From NCBI GenBank assembly GCA_965237475.1, contig OZ250140.1, positions 2,786,720-2,850,719 of the forward strand: DNA of 64,000 nt, given 5' to 3'. Source of the DNA: Dehalococcoidia bacterium. Its GTDB lineage: Bacteria; Chloroflexota; Dehalococcoidia; Bin125. Position 1 is the first letter of the stretch, and every line of letters begins with the position of its first letter. Made by a program: the position numbers and the translations under genes. Under the pieces are notes generated by a model. That model ran no database searches. It saw nothing but the letters and a program-made list of their open reading frames with translations, and had not been told where the DNA came from. Shown in pieces: positions 9,918 through 21,199 of this stretch.

Positions 9918-10292
9918 CTACTCCTCCATCTGAGCCTGGAAGGCTGCGACGTCAAAGTAGTCGCGCCATCGCGCGATCTTGCCGTCGCGCACCTCGAAGA
10001 CGCCGCAGACCTGCCCCGCGACCTCTTTGCCGCGCATGTGAAAGCGGTCGACCCGCTCATTCAGCACGACATCGCCGTTGACGGCCTGGTGGACGATCTC
10101 CCAGCCGCGCGAGGTCAGCCCTGCCACGCCAGCCAGAGCCTCGCGCACCGCCTCAATGCCCTCGGAGGGGGCCATCGGCATGTTGTGGTAGACGGCGTCG
10201 TCGGTGAAGTAGCCAACGAGCGTGTCGACATCGGGATGCTCGGCGTCGAACTCCCTGATGAACGCAGTCACGACCTGTTCGGGCGTAGCCAT
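9918..10292 (-). CDS. Limonene-1,2-epoxide hydrolase / SnoaL-like (NTF2 fold) protein
   Basis: DAVYHNMPM, VLNERVDRF, GKIARWRDYFD. Confidence 0.85.
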   Translation of the reverse strand: MATPEQVVTAFIREFDAEHPDVDTLVGYFTDDAVYHNMPMAPSEGIEAVREALAGVAGLTSRGWEIVHQAVNGDVVLNERVDRFHMRGKEVAGQVCGVFEVRDGKIARWRDYFDVAAFQAQMEE

Positions 10293-10320
10293 GCCATTGC
10301 CTCTCGGTTGCAGGGTCAGC

Positions 10321-11373
10321 CTAAAGGTTGCTCCGGGCCAGCTCGGCCATCAGCTCCAGCGCCTCGGGCTGGTCGCTGTTGACGGTGACGCCGGTGATGT
10401 AGCTGTCGGCCCAGGCGCGGTAGCGCTCGCGGATCCGCGCCGGCGGGCCGACGAGCGACTGTTCGTCGAGAAAGTCGTCGGGCACCTCCTCCATCGCCTC
10501 CGCCTTGCGACCGGCCATGTACAGCTCCTGGATCCGCTCGGCCGCCTCGCCGTAGCCGCGCCGGATCATCGACATCTTGTGGAAGTTGAGCGTGCGGTGG
10601 CCCATGCCGCCGACGTAGAGGGCGACGTTGGGTTTCATCTTGCGCAACGCGCCGCCGACATCGTCGGTCAGTTCGACGGTGCAGGATGCCTGGACCTCGA
10701 AGTCGGACCAGCCCTTCGGCTGTCCGGTCTTCGCCTCCGCGCGGCGGAAGCCCTCTTCGATCCAGGGCACAAACAGATCGGCGTTGTGCGGCGTCAGCCC
10801 GAGCGGAAGCCAGCCGTCGGCGATCTCGGCGGTCAGCTTGACGTTGGCCTCGGCGCCGGTGCCCAGCCAGATGGGGATGCGCGGATTCATGTGCAGAATC
10901 GAGCGCAGCGGTTTGGCCAGGCCGCTGCTGCCGGGGCCGTCGTAGGGCAGCGAAATCTCCGTGCCGTCGTGCGTGACTGGCGCTTCGCGAGCGAGGATCT
11001 TGCGGATGATCGCCACATAGTCGCGAATTCGCGGGTTGGGCCGACCCCACGGCTGGCCATACCAGCCTTCGACGATCTGGGGGCCAGACACGCCAATCCC
11101 AAGGACGACGCGGTCGTGACCAGCCAGGGCGTCGATCGTCGCCGCGGTCATCGCCGCGTTGGCCGGTGTGCGGGCCGCCAACTGGATGACGCCGGTGCCC
11201 AGCCGAATTCGCTCGGTCAGCGCCGCCGCGTAGGCCAACGGCGAGAGCGCGTCGGAGCCGTAGGCCTCAGCGGTCCAGATCGAGTCGTAGCCCAGCGCCT
11301 CGGCGCGTTGAATCCGTTCAATGGGCAGCCGCATGTCGGCGCCCGAATAGCCGAGCGCGAGTCCGAGCTTCAT
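10321..11373 (-). CDS. LLM class F420-dependent oxidoreductase
   Basis: WTAEAYGSDA, LGTGVIQLAARTPA, GVSGPQIVEGWYG. Confidence 0.9.
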   Translation of the reverse strand: MKLGLALGYSGADMRLPIERIQRAEALGYDSIWTAEAYGSDALSPLAYAAALTERIRLGTGVIQLAARTPANAAMTAATIDALAGHDRVVLGIGVSGPQIVEGWYGQPWGRPNPRIRDYVAIIRKILAREAPVTHDGTEISLPYDGPGSSGLAKPLRSILHMNPRIPIWLGTGAEANVKLTAEIADGWLPLGLTPHNADLFVPWIEEGFRRAEAKTGQPKGWSDFEVQASCTVELTDDVGGALRKMKPNVALYVGGMGHRTLNFHKMSMIRRGYGEAAERIQELYMAGRKAEAMEEVPDDFLDEQSLVGPPARIRERYRAWADSYITGVTVNSDQPEALELMAELARSNL

Positions 11374-11407
11374 TCGCGTCGTCCTTTCACTTCGCCCGCG
11401 GAGTCGA

Positions 11408-12031
11408 TCAGCTCAAGGTGATTTGCCCGCCGGGCCCTTCGATGATCGCGATCAGCGCCGCTGCGTCGCCCTGCTCCACGCGCAGTTCAACGCCGACGGC
11501 TTCGAGGCCGCGTTGGACGACGGCCGGGTCGGGGTGCACGCCGTGGAAGTCGACGAGATGGCAGCCTTTGACGGCGGTTTCGCTGGGGTGCAGAGCGTCG
11601 CCCCAGTCGATCACGAACGGGATCAAGCCGCCCATCGGCGGCGGCCAGCCGGCGATGCTGAGGCGCCAGTCGAGGCGGGTGCCGTCGGCCAGCACGCGGC
11701 CCAGCGGTTGCACCGTGCCCAGGTCGTAGCCGGCGGCGCGCGCCGACTCGACGCGCTGCTCGATCTCCGCGCCGGCCTTGGCGCACCAGTGCGCGACCTT
11801 GGTCCGGTCGGTGAGGTGCATGCCGAAGGGCAGCGCTCCCTCGTGGCCGGCCTGCTGTGGATCCGGTCCGATGATCTCGAGGTAGGCGCCATCCTGCAAC
11901 GCGACGAGGTGGTTGTAGACACCGCGGCCCTCGAAGCGGCCGCCCAGCTCGGCATAGACGCCGGTGGCCGCCTCGAATGCCGCAGCGGAGGCCTGCACGT
12001 CCTGCGAGGCCAGCACGATGTGGTCGAGCAT
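11408..12031 (-). CDS. VOC/glyoxalase-like family protein
   Basis: MLDHIVL ... GGRFEG.G.YNHLV ... YLEII ... PFVIDW; start overlaps the upstream stop (TAATG). Confidence 0.82.
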   Translation of the reverse strand: MLDHIVLASQDVQASAAAFEAATGVYAELGGRFEGRGVYNHLVALQDGAYLEIIGPDPQQAGHEGALPFGMHLTDRTKVAHWCAKAGAEIEQRVESARAAGYDLGTVQPLGRVLADGTRLDWRLSIAGWPPPMGGLIPFVIDWGDALHPSETAVKGCHLVDFHGVHPDPAVVQRGLEAVGVELRVEQGDAAALIAIIEGPGGQITLS

Positions 12032-13230
12032 TACGGCGTCGCCCTTCCATGCGCGGCTTCGAAGGCCGCTTGCGTCTGTTCTCTGAGCTCCGCGTCGCTG
12101 AGCCAATCGAGCGCTGTCAGCGTCATCGCGCGCGCCGCGCGCAGCGTCGCTTCGTGGGCGTTCTCCGACGCGGCGGCGGCGGTGAAGCCGGCGGTGTGAT
12201 TGCCGGCGTCGGCCTCGATGGCGTAGATCGGGTGCAGGCTCGGGACCACGTGCGAGACGTTGCCCATGTCCGTGCTCCCGAAGCCACCGGGCGCCGGGCC
12301 CGCCAGGTCGAGCGCACGCACGCCCTCGCGTTCCGACCAGTGCCGCCCGAACAGCTCGTGCAGCACCGAGTTTGAGGCGAGGTCGCTGTAGCGTGGCCCG
12401 AGCCAGCACAGCGTCATCGCTGTTTCGGTCGCCTCGGCGGCGCCACGGAAGCAGGCCTCGACGCGTCGGCACATCTCGTCGAGCAGTCCCTCTCGCGGCG
12501 CGCGAACGTAGAACTCGGCGGCGGCGCGGTCGGGGATGATGTTCGGTTTGTCGCCGCCGTGGTGGATCACCCCGTGAATCCGCACCTCGGGACGCGACTG
12601 CTGGCGCAACAATCCGATCGCCTGGTAGGCCAGCACGAGCGCGTCGAGCGCATTGCGCCCTTCCCAGGGCGCCGCTGCGGCGTGCGCGTTGCGCCCGGCG
12701 AACTCGACCATGCAGGTGTCGATCGCCAGGACGGGCGGGCTGAGCAGGTCGGCCGTGCCGGGATGCACCATCATCGCCGCGCCGACGCCCTCGAAGGCGC
12801 CCTCATCGATCAGCCGAATCTTGCCTCCGCCACCCTCTTCCGCGGGCGATCCGAGCACGCGGACGCGGCCCTCGATGCCGGTTGCATCGAGCGCGGCCGC
12901 GAGGCCGAGGCCGGCCGCGACGCCGGCCATCGCGATGAGATTGTGCCCGCAGGCGTGGCCGATCTCCGGCAGCGCGTCGTATTCACACAGCACGCTGATG
13001 CAGGGCCCGCCGGCGCCACGCTCGGCCTCGAACGCCGTCTCCATGCCATAGGCCCCGCGTTGCACCGCCCACGAGTTCGCCTCGAGGAAGTCCGTCAACA
13101 CGCCATGCGCGTGAGTCTCTTGGTAGTTCTCCTGCGGATGCGCGTGGATGTCGAGGCTGAGCGCCCGCAGCGCCTCCGACGCCCCGTCGATCGCGCGGGT
13201 CGCGGCCTGCTCGCCGCCCGCTGCGCTCAT
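12031..13230 (-). CDS. M20 family amidohydrolase (AbgB/PM20D2-like)
   Basis: EYDALP.IGHACGHNLI, SPAEEGGGGK, GSTDMGNVS. Confidence 0.9.
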   Translation of the reverse strand: MSAAGGEQAATRAIDGASEALRALSLDIHAHPQENYQETHAHGVLTDFLEANSWAVQRGAYGMETAFEAERGAGGPCISVLCEYDALPEIGHACGHNLIAMAGVAAGLGLAAALDATGIEGRVRVLGSPAEEGGGGKIRLIDEGAFEGVGAAMMVHPGTADLLSPPVLAIDTCMVEFAGRNAHAAAAPWEGRNALDALVLAYQAIGLLRQQSRPEVRIHGVIHHGGDKPNIIPDRAAAEFYVRAPREGLLDEMCRRVEACFRGAAEATETAMTLCWLGPRYSDLASNSVLHELFGRHWSEREGVRALDLAGPAPGGFGSTDMGNVSHVVPSLHPIYAIEADAGNHTAGFTAAAASENAHEATLRAARAMTLTALDWLSDAELREQTQAAFEAAHGRATP

Positions 13231-14045
13231 TCCGTGAACCAACCGCCGTCGGGGTGAATGATCTCGCCCGTGACATATGACGATTCTTCGCTGGCCAGCC
13301 ACAGCGCCGTATTAGCGATCTCGCGCGGCTGGCCGAAGCGCTTCATCGGCGTCAGCGAGAGCACCCACTGGTTGAGCGGCTCGTCGCCCTGGATCGCCGC
13401 GGTCATCGGCGTCTCGATGAAGCCTGGGCCGATCGCGTTGACCCGGATGCCGTCGACCACCAGCTCCTGGGCCAACACCTTGGTTAGCATCCAGACGCCC
13501 GCCTTGGAGACGCAGTAGTTGGCCGCTCCGGCCATCGGGAACTTGGCCATGATCGAGGCGATGTTGATGATCGCGCCGCCGTTGCCCAGCTCGATCATCC
13601 GCCGCGCGCAGGCACGGTCAGTCAGCATCACGCCGGTGAGGTTGACCGCCATCACCTTTTCCCACTGCTCGATCTCTTGGTTGGCAATGAACGACGCGGT
13701 GCGGTCGGGTGCCAGCTCCTGCGCCTCGCCGCTCACGTACTCCGCGTTCGAGACCCCTGCGGCGGCGACGACCACGTCGAGCCGACCGAACTCAGCGACG
13801 GCGCGGTCGGCCAGCGCCTCATTGTCGGCCTCCGACGATGTGTCGCAGCCGATCACGACCGCGCGCCGTCCGAGCGCCTCAACTGCGGCGACCGTGTCGG
13901 CTGAGCGGTCGGGCAGCAGGTCCGCGAGCAGGACATCGGCGCCCTCCTCGGCGAAGCGAATTGCGCACGCGGCGCCGATCCCGCTCGCGCCCCCGGTGAT
14001 CACCGCGGCCTTGCCGGCGAGGGCCCCCGATGGATGTTCCGCCAT
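13227..14045 (-). CDS. SDR family oxidoreductase
   Basis: TGGASGIG, YCVSKAG, NAIGPG. Confidence 0.92.
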   Translation of the reverse strand: MAEHPSGALAGKAAVITGGASGIGAACAIRFAEEGADVLLADLLPDRSADTVAAVEALGRRAVVIGCDTSSEADNEALADRAVAEFGRLDVVVAAAGVSNAEYVSGEAQELAPDRTASFIANQEIEQWEKVMAVNLTGVMLTDRACARRMIELGNGGAIINIASIMAKFPMAGAANYCVSKAGVWMLTKVLAQELVVDGIRVNAIGPGFIETPMTAAIQGDEPLNQWVLSLTPMKRFGQPREIANTALWLASEESSYVTGEIIHPDGGWFTE

Positions 14046-14265
14046 GTCCGCCTCCTGCGCTGCATTGCTTCCGGATTACACGAGCAGATGCTAGTCCTGC
14101 CCCGGATCGCCTGCACGAGCTTGCAGGAGTATGATCGGGTTGCTCGGTTCCGCGTGCAAGACGCCGCCCCGCACTGTGTGGCGGCGTGGAGGCTGTTGAT
14201 GCCTCGTCGCCGACTCATGATCTTGAGCGTCGCGCACCTGATTCGCCTTGGGAGGCCGGTCACTC

Positions 14266-16122
14266 ATGCCTGAGTCGTCGTCCGATGTCGCATCCCCGGT
14301 CATCGAACGCGAACGCGTCACTGTGCGCTTCGCGGGAGACTCCGGCGACGGCATGCAGCTTGCCGGGAATCGATTCGCCGACGCCACTGCCATCTTCGGC
14401 AACGACTTCAGTACGTTGCCTGACTTCCCTGCCGAAATTCGCGCGCCCGCGGGCTCGCTGGCGGGCGTCAGCTCGTTCCAGATCTCGTTCTCGCAGCACC
14501 AGATCTTCACCCCGGGCGACGAGCCGGACACGCTCGTCGCGATGAACCCCGCAGCGCTCAAGTCGCATCTCGGCGCGCTGATTCGCGGCGGCCTGCTCGT
14601 CGTCAACAAGGATGCGTTTACCAACGCCAACCTCAAGAAGGCCGGCTACCCGACCAATCCGCTCAGCGATGGCTCGCTTGAGGACTTCCGAATCATCGAA
14701 GCGCCGGTCACCACCGCGGCGGTCGCCGCCGTCAATGACCTGGGGCTCTCGACCCAGCACGCTGAGCGGACCAAGAACTTCTTCGCCCTCGGGCTCGTGT
14801 ACTGGCTGTACGACCGTGACCTCGAGCCAACCCTCAACTGGATCGAAGAGCGCTTCGGCAAGGTGCCGAACCTCGCTGAGGCCAACCGCCGCGCGCTGTT
14901 CGCCGGCCACGCCTACGGCGAGACCACGGAAATCGCCGACGCGCACGTACGCGTACCCCCGGCCCAGCTGCGACCCGGGGAGTACCGCACGATCACCGGC
15001 AACCAGGCGCTCTCGATGGGGCTCGTGGCCGCCGCCCACCTCGCCGGCCTCGACCTCTTCTACGGCTCCTACCCGATCACGCCGGCCTCCGACGTGCTCG
15101 TCGATCTCGCCGCGCTGCGCAACTTCGGCATCCGAACCTTTCAGGCTGAAGACGAAATCTCGGCCGTCGGCGCGGCGATCGGCGCCGCCTACGGCGGCGC
15201 GCTCGGCGTGACTGGCACCAGCGGCCCCGGCATCGCGCTCAAGTCGGAGGCGATTGGCCTCGCCGTGATGACCGAGCTGCCGCTCGTCGTGCTTGACGTG
15301 CAGCGCTCCGGCCCCTCAACCGGGATGCCGACCAAGACCGAGCAAACCGACCTGCTGCAGGTGATGTTCGGGCGCAATGGCGAGAGCCCGCTCTGCGTGC
15401 TCGCCGCCAAAACGCCCGGAGACTGCTTCTACATGGCCATCGAGGCCGTGCGGATCGCCTACCAGTTCGTCACACCGGTGATCCTGATGTCGGACACCTA
15501 CCTGGGCAACACGGCCGAGCCCTGGCCGGTGCCCGATGTCTCACAGTTGCCGCCGATCGACACCGGCTTTCAGCGCGTCCAACGTGAAGATTTCCAGCCC
15601 TACCGGCGCGACCCGGCGACGCTTGCGCGGCACTTCCAGCCGCCCGGCGTGGCCGGAATGACGCACCGCATCGGTGGACTCGAAAAGGCCGATGTGACGG
15701 GCGATGTCTCCTACACGGCCGAAAACCACCAGCGCATGACGGACCTGCGCCAGGCCAAGATCGACGGCATCGCCGACTTCATCCCCGAGCTCGAAGTCGA
15801 TGGCCCGCCGACCGGCGAGCTGCTGGTACTGTCCTGGGGCAGCACCTTCGGCGCCGCGTTTACCGCGGTGAATGGGGCGCGGCAGCAGGGCGCGGAGGTC
15901 GCGCATGCGCACCTCCAATACCTCAATCCGTTCCCCAGGAACCTCGGGCACGTGCTGAGCAACTACCGTAAGGTGCTGATTCCCGAGTCCAACACGGGGC
16001 ATTTGCGGATGCTGATCCGGGCCAAGTTCCTCGTCGACGCCAAGGGTCACAACGAGGTGACGGGTCTACCGCTCTCGGCGCGCAACGTCGAAGCAGCCAT
16101 TCTCAGCGCTTACGGCAGCTGA
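14266..16122 (+). CDS. korA: 2-oxoacid:ferredoxin oxidoreductase alpha subunit
   Basis: [35 protein letters not shown]. Confidence 0.93.
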   Translation: MPESSSDVASPVIERERVTVRFAGDSGDGMQLAGNRFADATAIFGNDFSTLPDFPAEIRAPAGSLAGVSSFQISFSQHQIFTPGDEPDTLVAMNPAALKSHLGALIRGGLLVVNKDAFTNANLKKAGYPTNPLSDGSLEDFRIIEAPVTTAAVAAVNDLGLSTQHAERTKNFFALGLVYWLYDRDLEPTLNWIEERFGKVPNLAEANRRALFAGHAYGETTEIADAHVRVPPAQLRPGEYRTITGNQALSMGLVAAAHLAGLDLFYGSYPITPASDVLVDLAALRNFGIRTFQAEDEISAVGAAIGAAYGGALGVTGTSGPGIALKSEAIGLAVMTELPLVVLDVQRSGPSTGMPTKTEQTDLLQVMFGRNGESPLCVLAAKTPGDCFYMAIEAVRIAYQFVTPVILMSDTYLGNTAEPWPVPDVSQLPPIDTGFQRVQREDFQPYRRDPATLARHFQPPGVAGMTHRIGGLEKADVTGDVSYTAENHQRMTDLRQAKIDGIADFIPELEVDGPPTGELLVLSWGSTFGAAFTAVNGARQQGAEVAHAHLQYLNPFPRNLGHVLSNYRKVLIPESNTGHLRMLIRAKFLVDAKGHNEVTGLPLSARNVEAAILSAYGS

Positions 16123-16152
16123 CGGCGATTTTGGGATAAGGGAGCACGAACC

Positions 16153-17208
<1,056 letters not shown>

Positions 17209-17244
17209 CCCGAGCCGAGCCCCAGGAGCCCAGCCGCGGCGCCG

Positions 17245-18027
17245 CTACTGCCGGCGGCCGCCCGCGCCACCGCCGTCGATCGTGTGCATCGAGCCGCTGA
17301 TGTAGCGTGAGTCGTCGCTGCACAACCACGTCACCAACGCCGCGACCTCCTCGGGCTCGCCGTAGCGACCCAGCGGGATCCCGGCCGCGGTTGCGTCGTG
17401 CACGCCCTGCGGGTCGTCGGGATTGAACTGCCGCTCCAGCGACCGCATCATCCGCGTCTCGATCGGCCCCGGGCAGACCGCGTTGACCCGAATCTCCGGC
17501 GCCAGCTCAGCTGCCGCCGACTTGGTCATGCCGACCACCGCGTGCTTGCTCGCGCCGTAGGCGATGATCCCCGGCGTCGCCGTCAGCCCCGCGATCGAGG
17601 CCGTGTTCACGATCGCCCCGCCGCCGTCGCCCCGCATCGCCGGCGCCACGTGCTTCATGCCCAGGAAGACGCCCTTGAGGTTGACCGCGATCACGCGGTC
17701 GAAGTCGTCCTCCTCGATCTCCCACAGCGGCGCGCGCAGGCCCTCGATGCCGGCATTGTTGAAGAACGCGTCGACCCGGCCGAAGCGCGCCACGGCCTGC
17801 TCGACGTAGTGTGCGACCTGGTCTCCCTGTGTCACGTCCGCCTCGACGGCGAGCGCCTCGCCGCCGGCGTTGACCACCGCCGCCACGGTCTCATCCAGCG
17901 CCGAACCGGCCAGATCGACGGCCACGACCTGCGCGCCGTCCTCCGCAAAGCGCACGCACGTCGCGCGCCCGATGCCGCCTGCCGCCCCCGTCACGATCGC
18001 CACGTTGCCAGCGAATCGGTCACTCAT
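17245..18027 (-). CDS. SDR family oxidoreductase
   Basis: TGAAGGIG, NNAG, YGASKH. Confidence 0.92.
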   Translation of the reverse strand: MSDRFAGNVAIVTGAAGGIGRATCVRFAEDGAQVVAVDLAGSALDETVAAVVNAGGEALAVEADVTQGDQVAHYVEQAVARFGRVDAFFNNAGIEGLRAPLWEIEEDDFDRVIAVNLKGVFLGMKHVAPAMRGDGGGAIVNTASIAGLTATPGIIAYGASKHAVVGMTKSAAAELAPEIRVNAVCPGPIETRMMRSLERQFNPDDPQGVHDATAAGIPLGRYGEPEEVAALVTWLCSDDSRYISGSMHTIDGGGAGGRRQ

Positions 18028-18075
18028 CGTTCACCGCCCTTCGGCGGCCAAGATATAGGTGCAGTCTCGACCGAG

Positions 18076-18933
18076 CTAGAAGAGCGGGTCGAACCAGCGC
18101 GGCGCGGCCCAGAACCAGGCAGCGGCGCCGGCCCCGACTCCCAGCGCGGCGACGCTCAGCTCGGCCACCCACGGTGCATTGCGCAGCCACGAGATCCTGG
18201 GCAGCCGCCAGAGCAGCAGGCCGCAGAGCAGGCCCACCGCGAGCCCGCCGAAGTGCCCGCCGACCGAGACGCTGGGAATTAGCAGCGAGAGCACCACGTT
18301 CAGCACGAGGAACACGAGGATGCCCGAATCCTGCCAGCGCACGCCGCCTGATCGCTCCGCCACCACCACCGTCCCCGCCACACCCAGCACCGCGCCCGAC
18401 GCGCCCGCGGTAAAGCCGGTCGGCTCGACCATCAGCGCCCCCAGCGCCCCGCCGAACAGCGCGGCGACGTAGATCAGCGCGAAGCGCCAGCCGCCCACCT
18501 CCGGCTCAAGCAGGCGGCCGACCCACATCAGGATCAGCATGTTCATGCCGAGGTGCAGCAGCCCGTAGTGCAGGAACGCACTGGTGACGAGCCGCCACCA
18601 TTCGCCCTCCTCGGCGATGAAGGGTCCGAACAGCGCGAAGTCGCGATGCACCGAGGTGACGCCGCCGCCCCATAGCGAGAGGCTGCCGGTCACCGCCAGC
18701 ACCACGATGAAGACGATCACGTTGGCGATGATCAGCGCCTGGGTAACGCGCACGGGCTGCGACTTGAGCACCACCCGACGTTGGCCGCGGGAGGCCTCGC
18801 GCACGCACTCGACGCACTGGTAGCCGACCGGCGCCTCGATCATGCACTCGGTACAGATCGGCCGCAGGCAGCGCTGGCAGAGCACCCCTGCCCAGCGCCC
18901 ATCATGTCGATAGCAGACCGCTTCGTCAGCCAC
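18076..18933 (-). CDS. Rhomboid intramembrane serine protease with N-terminal Cys/His zinc-finger
   Basis: CYRH...CQRC.RPIC.EC, WWRLVTSAFLH, GASGA, GHFGG; GTG start inferred. Confidence 0.88.
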   Translation of the reverse strand: MADEAVCYRHDGRWAGVLCQRCLRPICTECMIEAPVGYQCVECVREASRGQRRVVLKSQPVRVTQALIIANVIVFIVVLAVTGSLSLWGGGVTSVHRDFALFGPFIAEEGEWWRLVTSAFLHYGLLHLGMNMLILMWVGRLLEPEVGGWRFALIYVAALFGGALGALMVEPTGFTAGASGAVLGVAGTVVVAERSGGVRWQDSGILVFLVLNVVLSLLIPSVSVGGHFGGLAVGLLCGLLLWRLPRISWLRNAPWVAELSVAALGVGAGAAAWFWAAPRWFDPLF

Positions 18934-19030
18934 ACGTCTCAGCCTACCGCGAGCGCCCGACGGGACAGGAGGCCGCTTCACCAGCCCCGTGTATCCTCGC
19001 CACCAGAAGACCGGATGAAGGACGACGCCG

Positions 19031-20266
19031 ATGAAGTTCCACTGGTTCAACCTGATGCCCTGGCCGCATCTGCCGGACGATTTTCGCGAAACCAACCGCT
19101 CCGTCTGGGTTGACGTGGACTCGCGCCTCTATGACCCGGTTGAGGGGCATCGCGTCTACAACGAATACCTCGACCAGCTCGAATACGCCGCCCAGGTCGG
19201 CTTCGACGGGATCGGCGTCAACGAACACCACCAGAATGCCTACGGCATGATGCCCTCGCCGCAGCTCATGGCGGCGACGCTCTCGCGCCGCACGCAGGAC
19301 GTGACGCTGCTGCTGCTGGGCCAGTCGATCGCCCTCTACAATCCGCCGACGCGCGTCGCCGAGGAGATGGCGATGCTCGATGTGATGTCGGGCGGACGGC
19401 TCGTCGCCGGCTTCCCGGTCGGTACCTCGATGGACGACAACTTCTGCTTCGGCTCCAACCCGGCCACGCTGCGCGACAAGTACCAGGAGAACCACGATCT
19501 GATCCTGCGCGCCTGGGCCGACCCGGACGTGTTTGCCTGGAACGGCAAGTACAACAAGATGCGCTACGTCAACATCTGGCCGCGGCCGATTCAGAAGCCG
19601 CATCCGCCGATCTGGATCCCCGGCGGCGGCTCGATCGAGACCTGGGACTTCTGCGCGCACAACGGCTACAACTACTCCTACCTCTCGTTCAACGGCTACG
19701 TCCGCGGCGAGGCGCTGATGCAGGGTTTCTGGAACCGCCTGGCCGAGCTCGGCGTCGAGTTCAACCCGTACCAGGGCGCCTTCGCGCAGCAGATCGTCGT
19801 CGCGGAAACCGACGATCAGGCCGAGCAGCTGTACACCGAGCACCTGCAGTACTTCTTCGACAAGTGCCTGCACGTCTATCCCGGGTTCGCCGACGCGCCC
19901 GGCTACCGCACCGAAAACACGATCCGCGCCGGCCTCCGCGCCGGCGGCGCGCAGGGCCTCGGCATCGCCCACACGTTGACCTGGAAGGACTGGGTCCGCG
20001 AGGGCTACATCGTCGCCGGCTCGCCCGACACCGTGACCGAGCAGCTCGAAACGCTCGCCACCAAGCTGCAGGTCGGACACCTCGTCTCGCTGCTGCACTG
20101 CGGCGACATGCCCGACGACAAAGCGCGCGCCAGCACCAAGCTGATGGCCGAGCAGGTCATCCCGCGGCTCCGCCACCTCTGGGACGACTACGAGGACCAC
20201 TGGTCGCCGCAGCCGATCGCGAAGAGCCAGCAGGCCACGCCTGCCCCCGTCGGAGCGCCCAACTGA
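19031..20266 (+). CDS. LLM class flavin-dependent oxidoreductase
   Basis: GVNEHHQNAYG, RVAEEMAMLDVMSGGRL, PRPIQKPHPPIW. Confidence 0.9.
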   Translation: MKFHWFNLMPWPHLPDDFRETNRSVWVDVDSRLYDPVEGHRVYNEYLDQLEYAAQVGFDGIGVNEHHQNAYGMMPSPQLMAATLSRRTQDVTLLLLGQSIALYNPPTRVAEEMAMLDVMSGGRLVAGFPVGTSMDDNFCFGSNPATLRDKYQENHDLILRAWADPDVFAWNGKYNKMRYVNIWPRPIQKPHPPIWIPGGGSIETWDFCAHNGYNYSYLSFNGYVRGEALMQGFWNRLAELGVEFNPYQGAFAQQIVVAETDDQAEQLYTEHLQYFFDKCLHVYPGFADAPGYRTENTIRAGLRAGGAQGLGIAHTLTWKDWVREGYIVAGSPDTVTEQLETLATKLQVGHLVSLLHCGDMPDDKARASTKLMAEQVIPRLRHLWDDYEDHWSPQPIAKSQQATPAPVGAPN

Positions 20267-21054
20267 TGGCTGAACTACAGACACTCAGGCTCGCGCCGAC
20301 GGGCCAGACCGCGCACCTCTACTCGGCAGGCGACGGCCCGCCGCTGCTGCTGCTGCATCCCGTCACCGGCATCCCGCGCTGGGGCGAGCTGCATGAGACG
20401 CTCAGCCAACGCTTCCAGGTCATCGCGCCGTTTCAGCCCGGCTGGGGACCCGCGAAGGACGACCTGCACGCAGCCGACAACAACCTCGATCTCGTGCTGT
20501 TCAATGTTGACCTGCTCAACACGCTCGGCGCGGGCCCGGCGCATGTCGCGGGGATCAGCATCGGCGCCTGGATCGCGGCGGAGATGGCCGCGATCCGGCC
20601 GGATGCCGTGCAGTCGCTGACGCTGGTCAACCCGCTCGGTATCTGGTCCGAGCAACATCCCGGCGAGGACATGTTCGCGCAGCACCCTGGGGCGCCATCC
20701 GGGGCGCTCTTCAGCGAGCCCGAGCATCGCGCCACGCTGCTGCTGGAAGGCCGCGACGCGCTCGACGCGTACGTCGGCGAGCTGCTGGACCTGCGAGCCT
20801 CGGCGAAGTTCCTCTGGCCGCTGCCCGACACCGGCGTCGACCAGCGCCTGCAGCGGATCGACTGCCGCACGCTGGTGATCACGAGCCGCCACGACAAGAT
20901 CGTGAATCTCGCCCTGGGCGACATCTGGCGCGCCGGCATCCGCGGGGCCCAGCAACGCGAGCTCAGCGACTCCGGCCACCTCGCAGACCTCGAAGCTCCC
21001 GCAGAGCTGGCCGAGCTGATCACCGACTTCGCTCTGCAGGGAGTCGCGGTCTAG
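20266..21054 (+). CDS. Alpha/beta fold hydrolase
   Basis: GISIG nucleophile elbow, SGHL; start overlaps the LLM stop. Confidence 0.85.
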   Translation: MAELQTLRLAPTGQTAHLYSAGDGPPLLLLHPVTGIPRWGELHETLSQRFQVIAPFQPGWGPAKDDLHAADNNLDLVLFNVDLLNTLGAGPAHVAGISIGAWIAAEMAAIRPDAVQSLTLVNPLGIWSEQHPGEDMFAQHPGAPSGALFSEPEHRATLLLEGRDALDAYVGELLDLRASAKFLWPLPDTGVDQRLQRIDCRTLVITSRHDKIVNLALGDIWRAGIRGAQQRELSDSGHLADLEAPAELAELITDFALQGVAV

Positions 21055-21199
21055 CGCCAGCGTCGCTCGGCGCCGGCGCGCGGACCGTCTGCGCACACTG
21101 ACCCCTCGTGGCGGCGGGGAGATGCGCGCTCGACGGCTGTGAACCGAGCGCGCCGCGGTACGAGCGGAACCTGTAGGGGTCTGCCGGCGTTGAGCTGGC

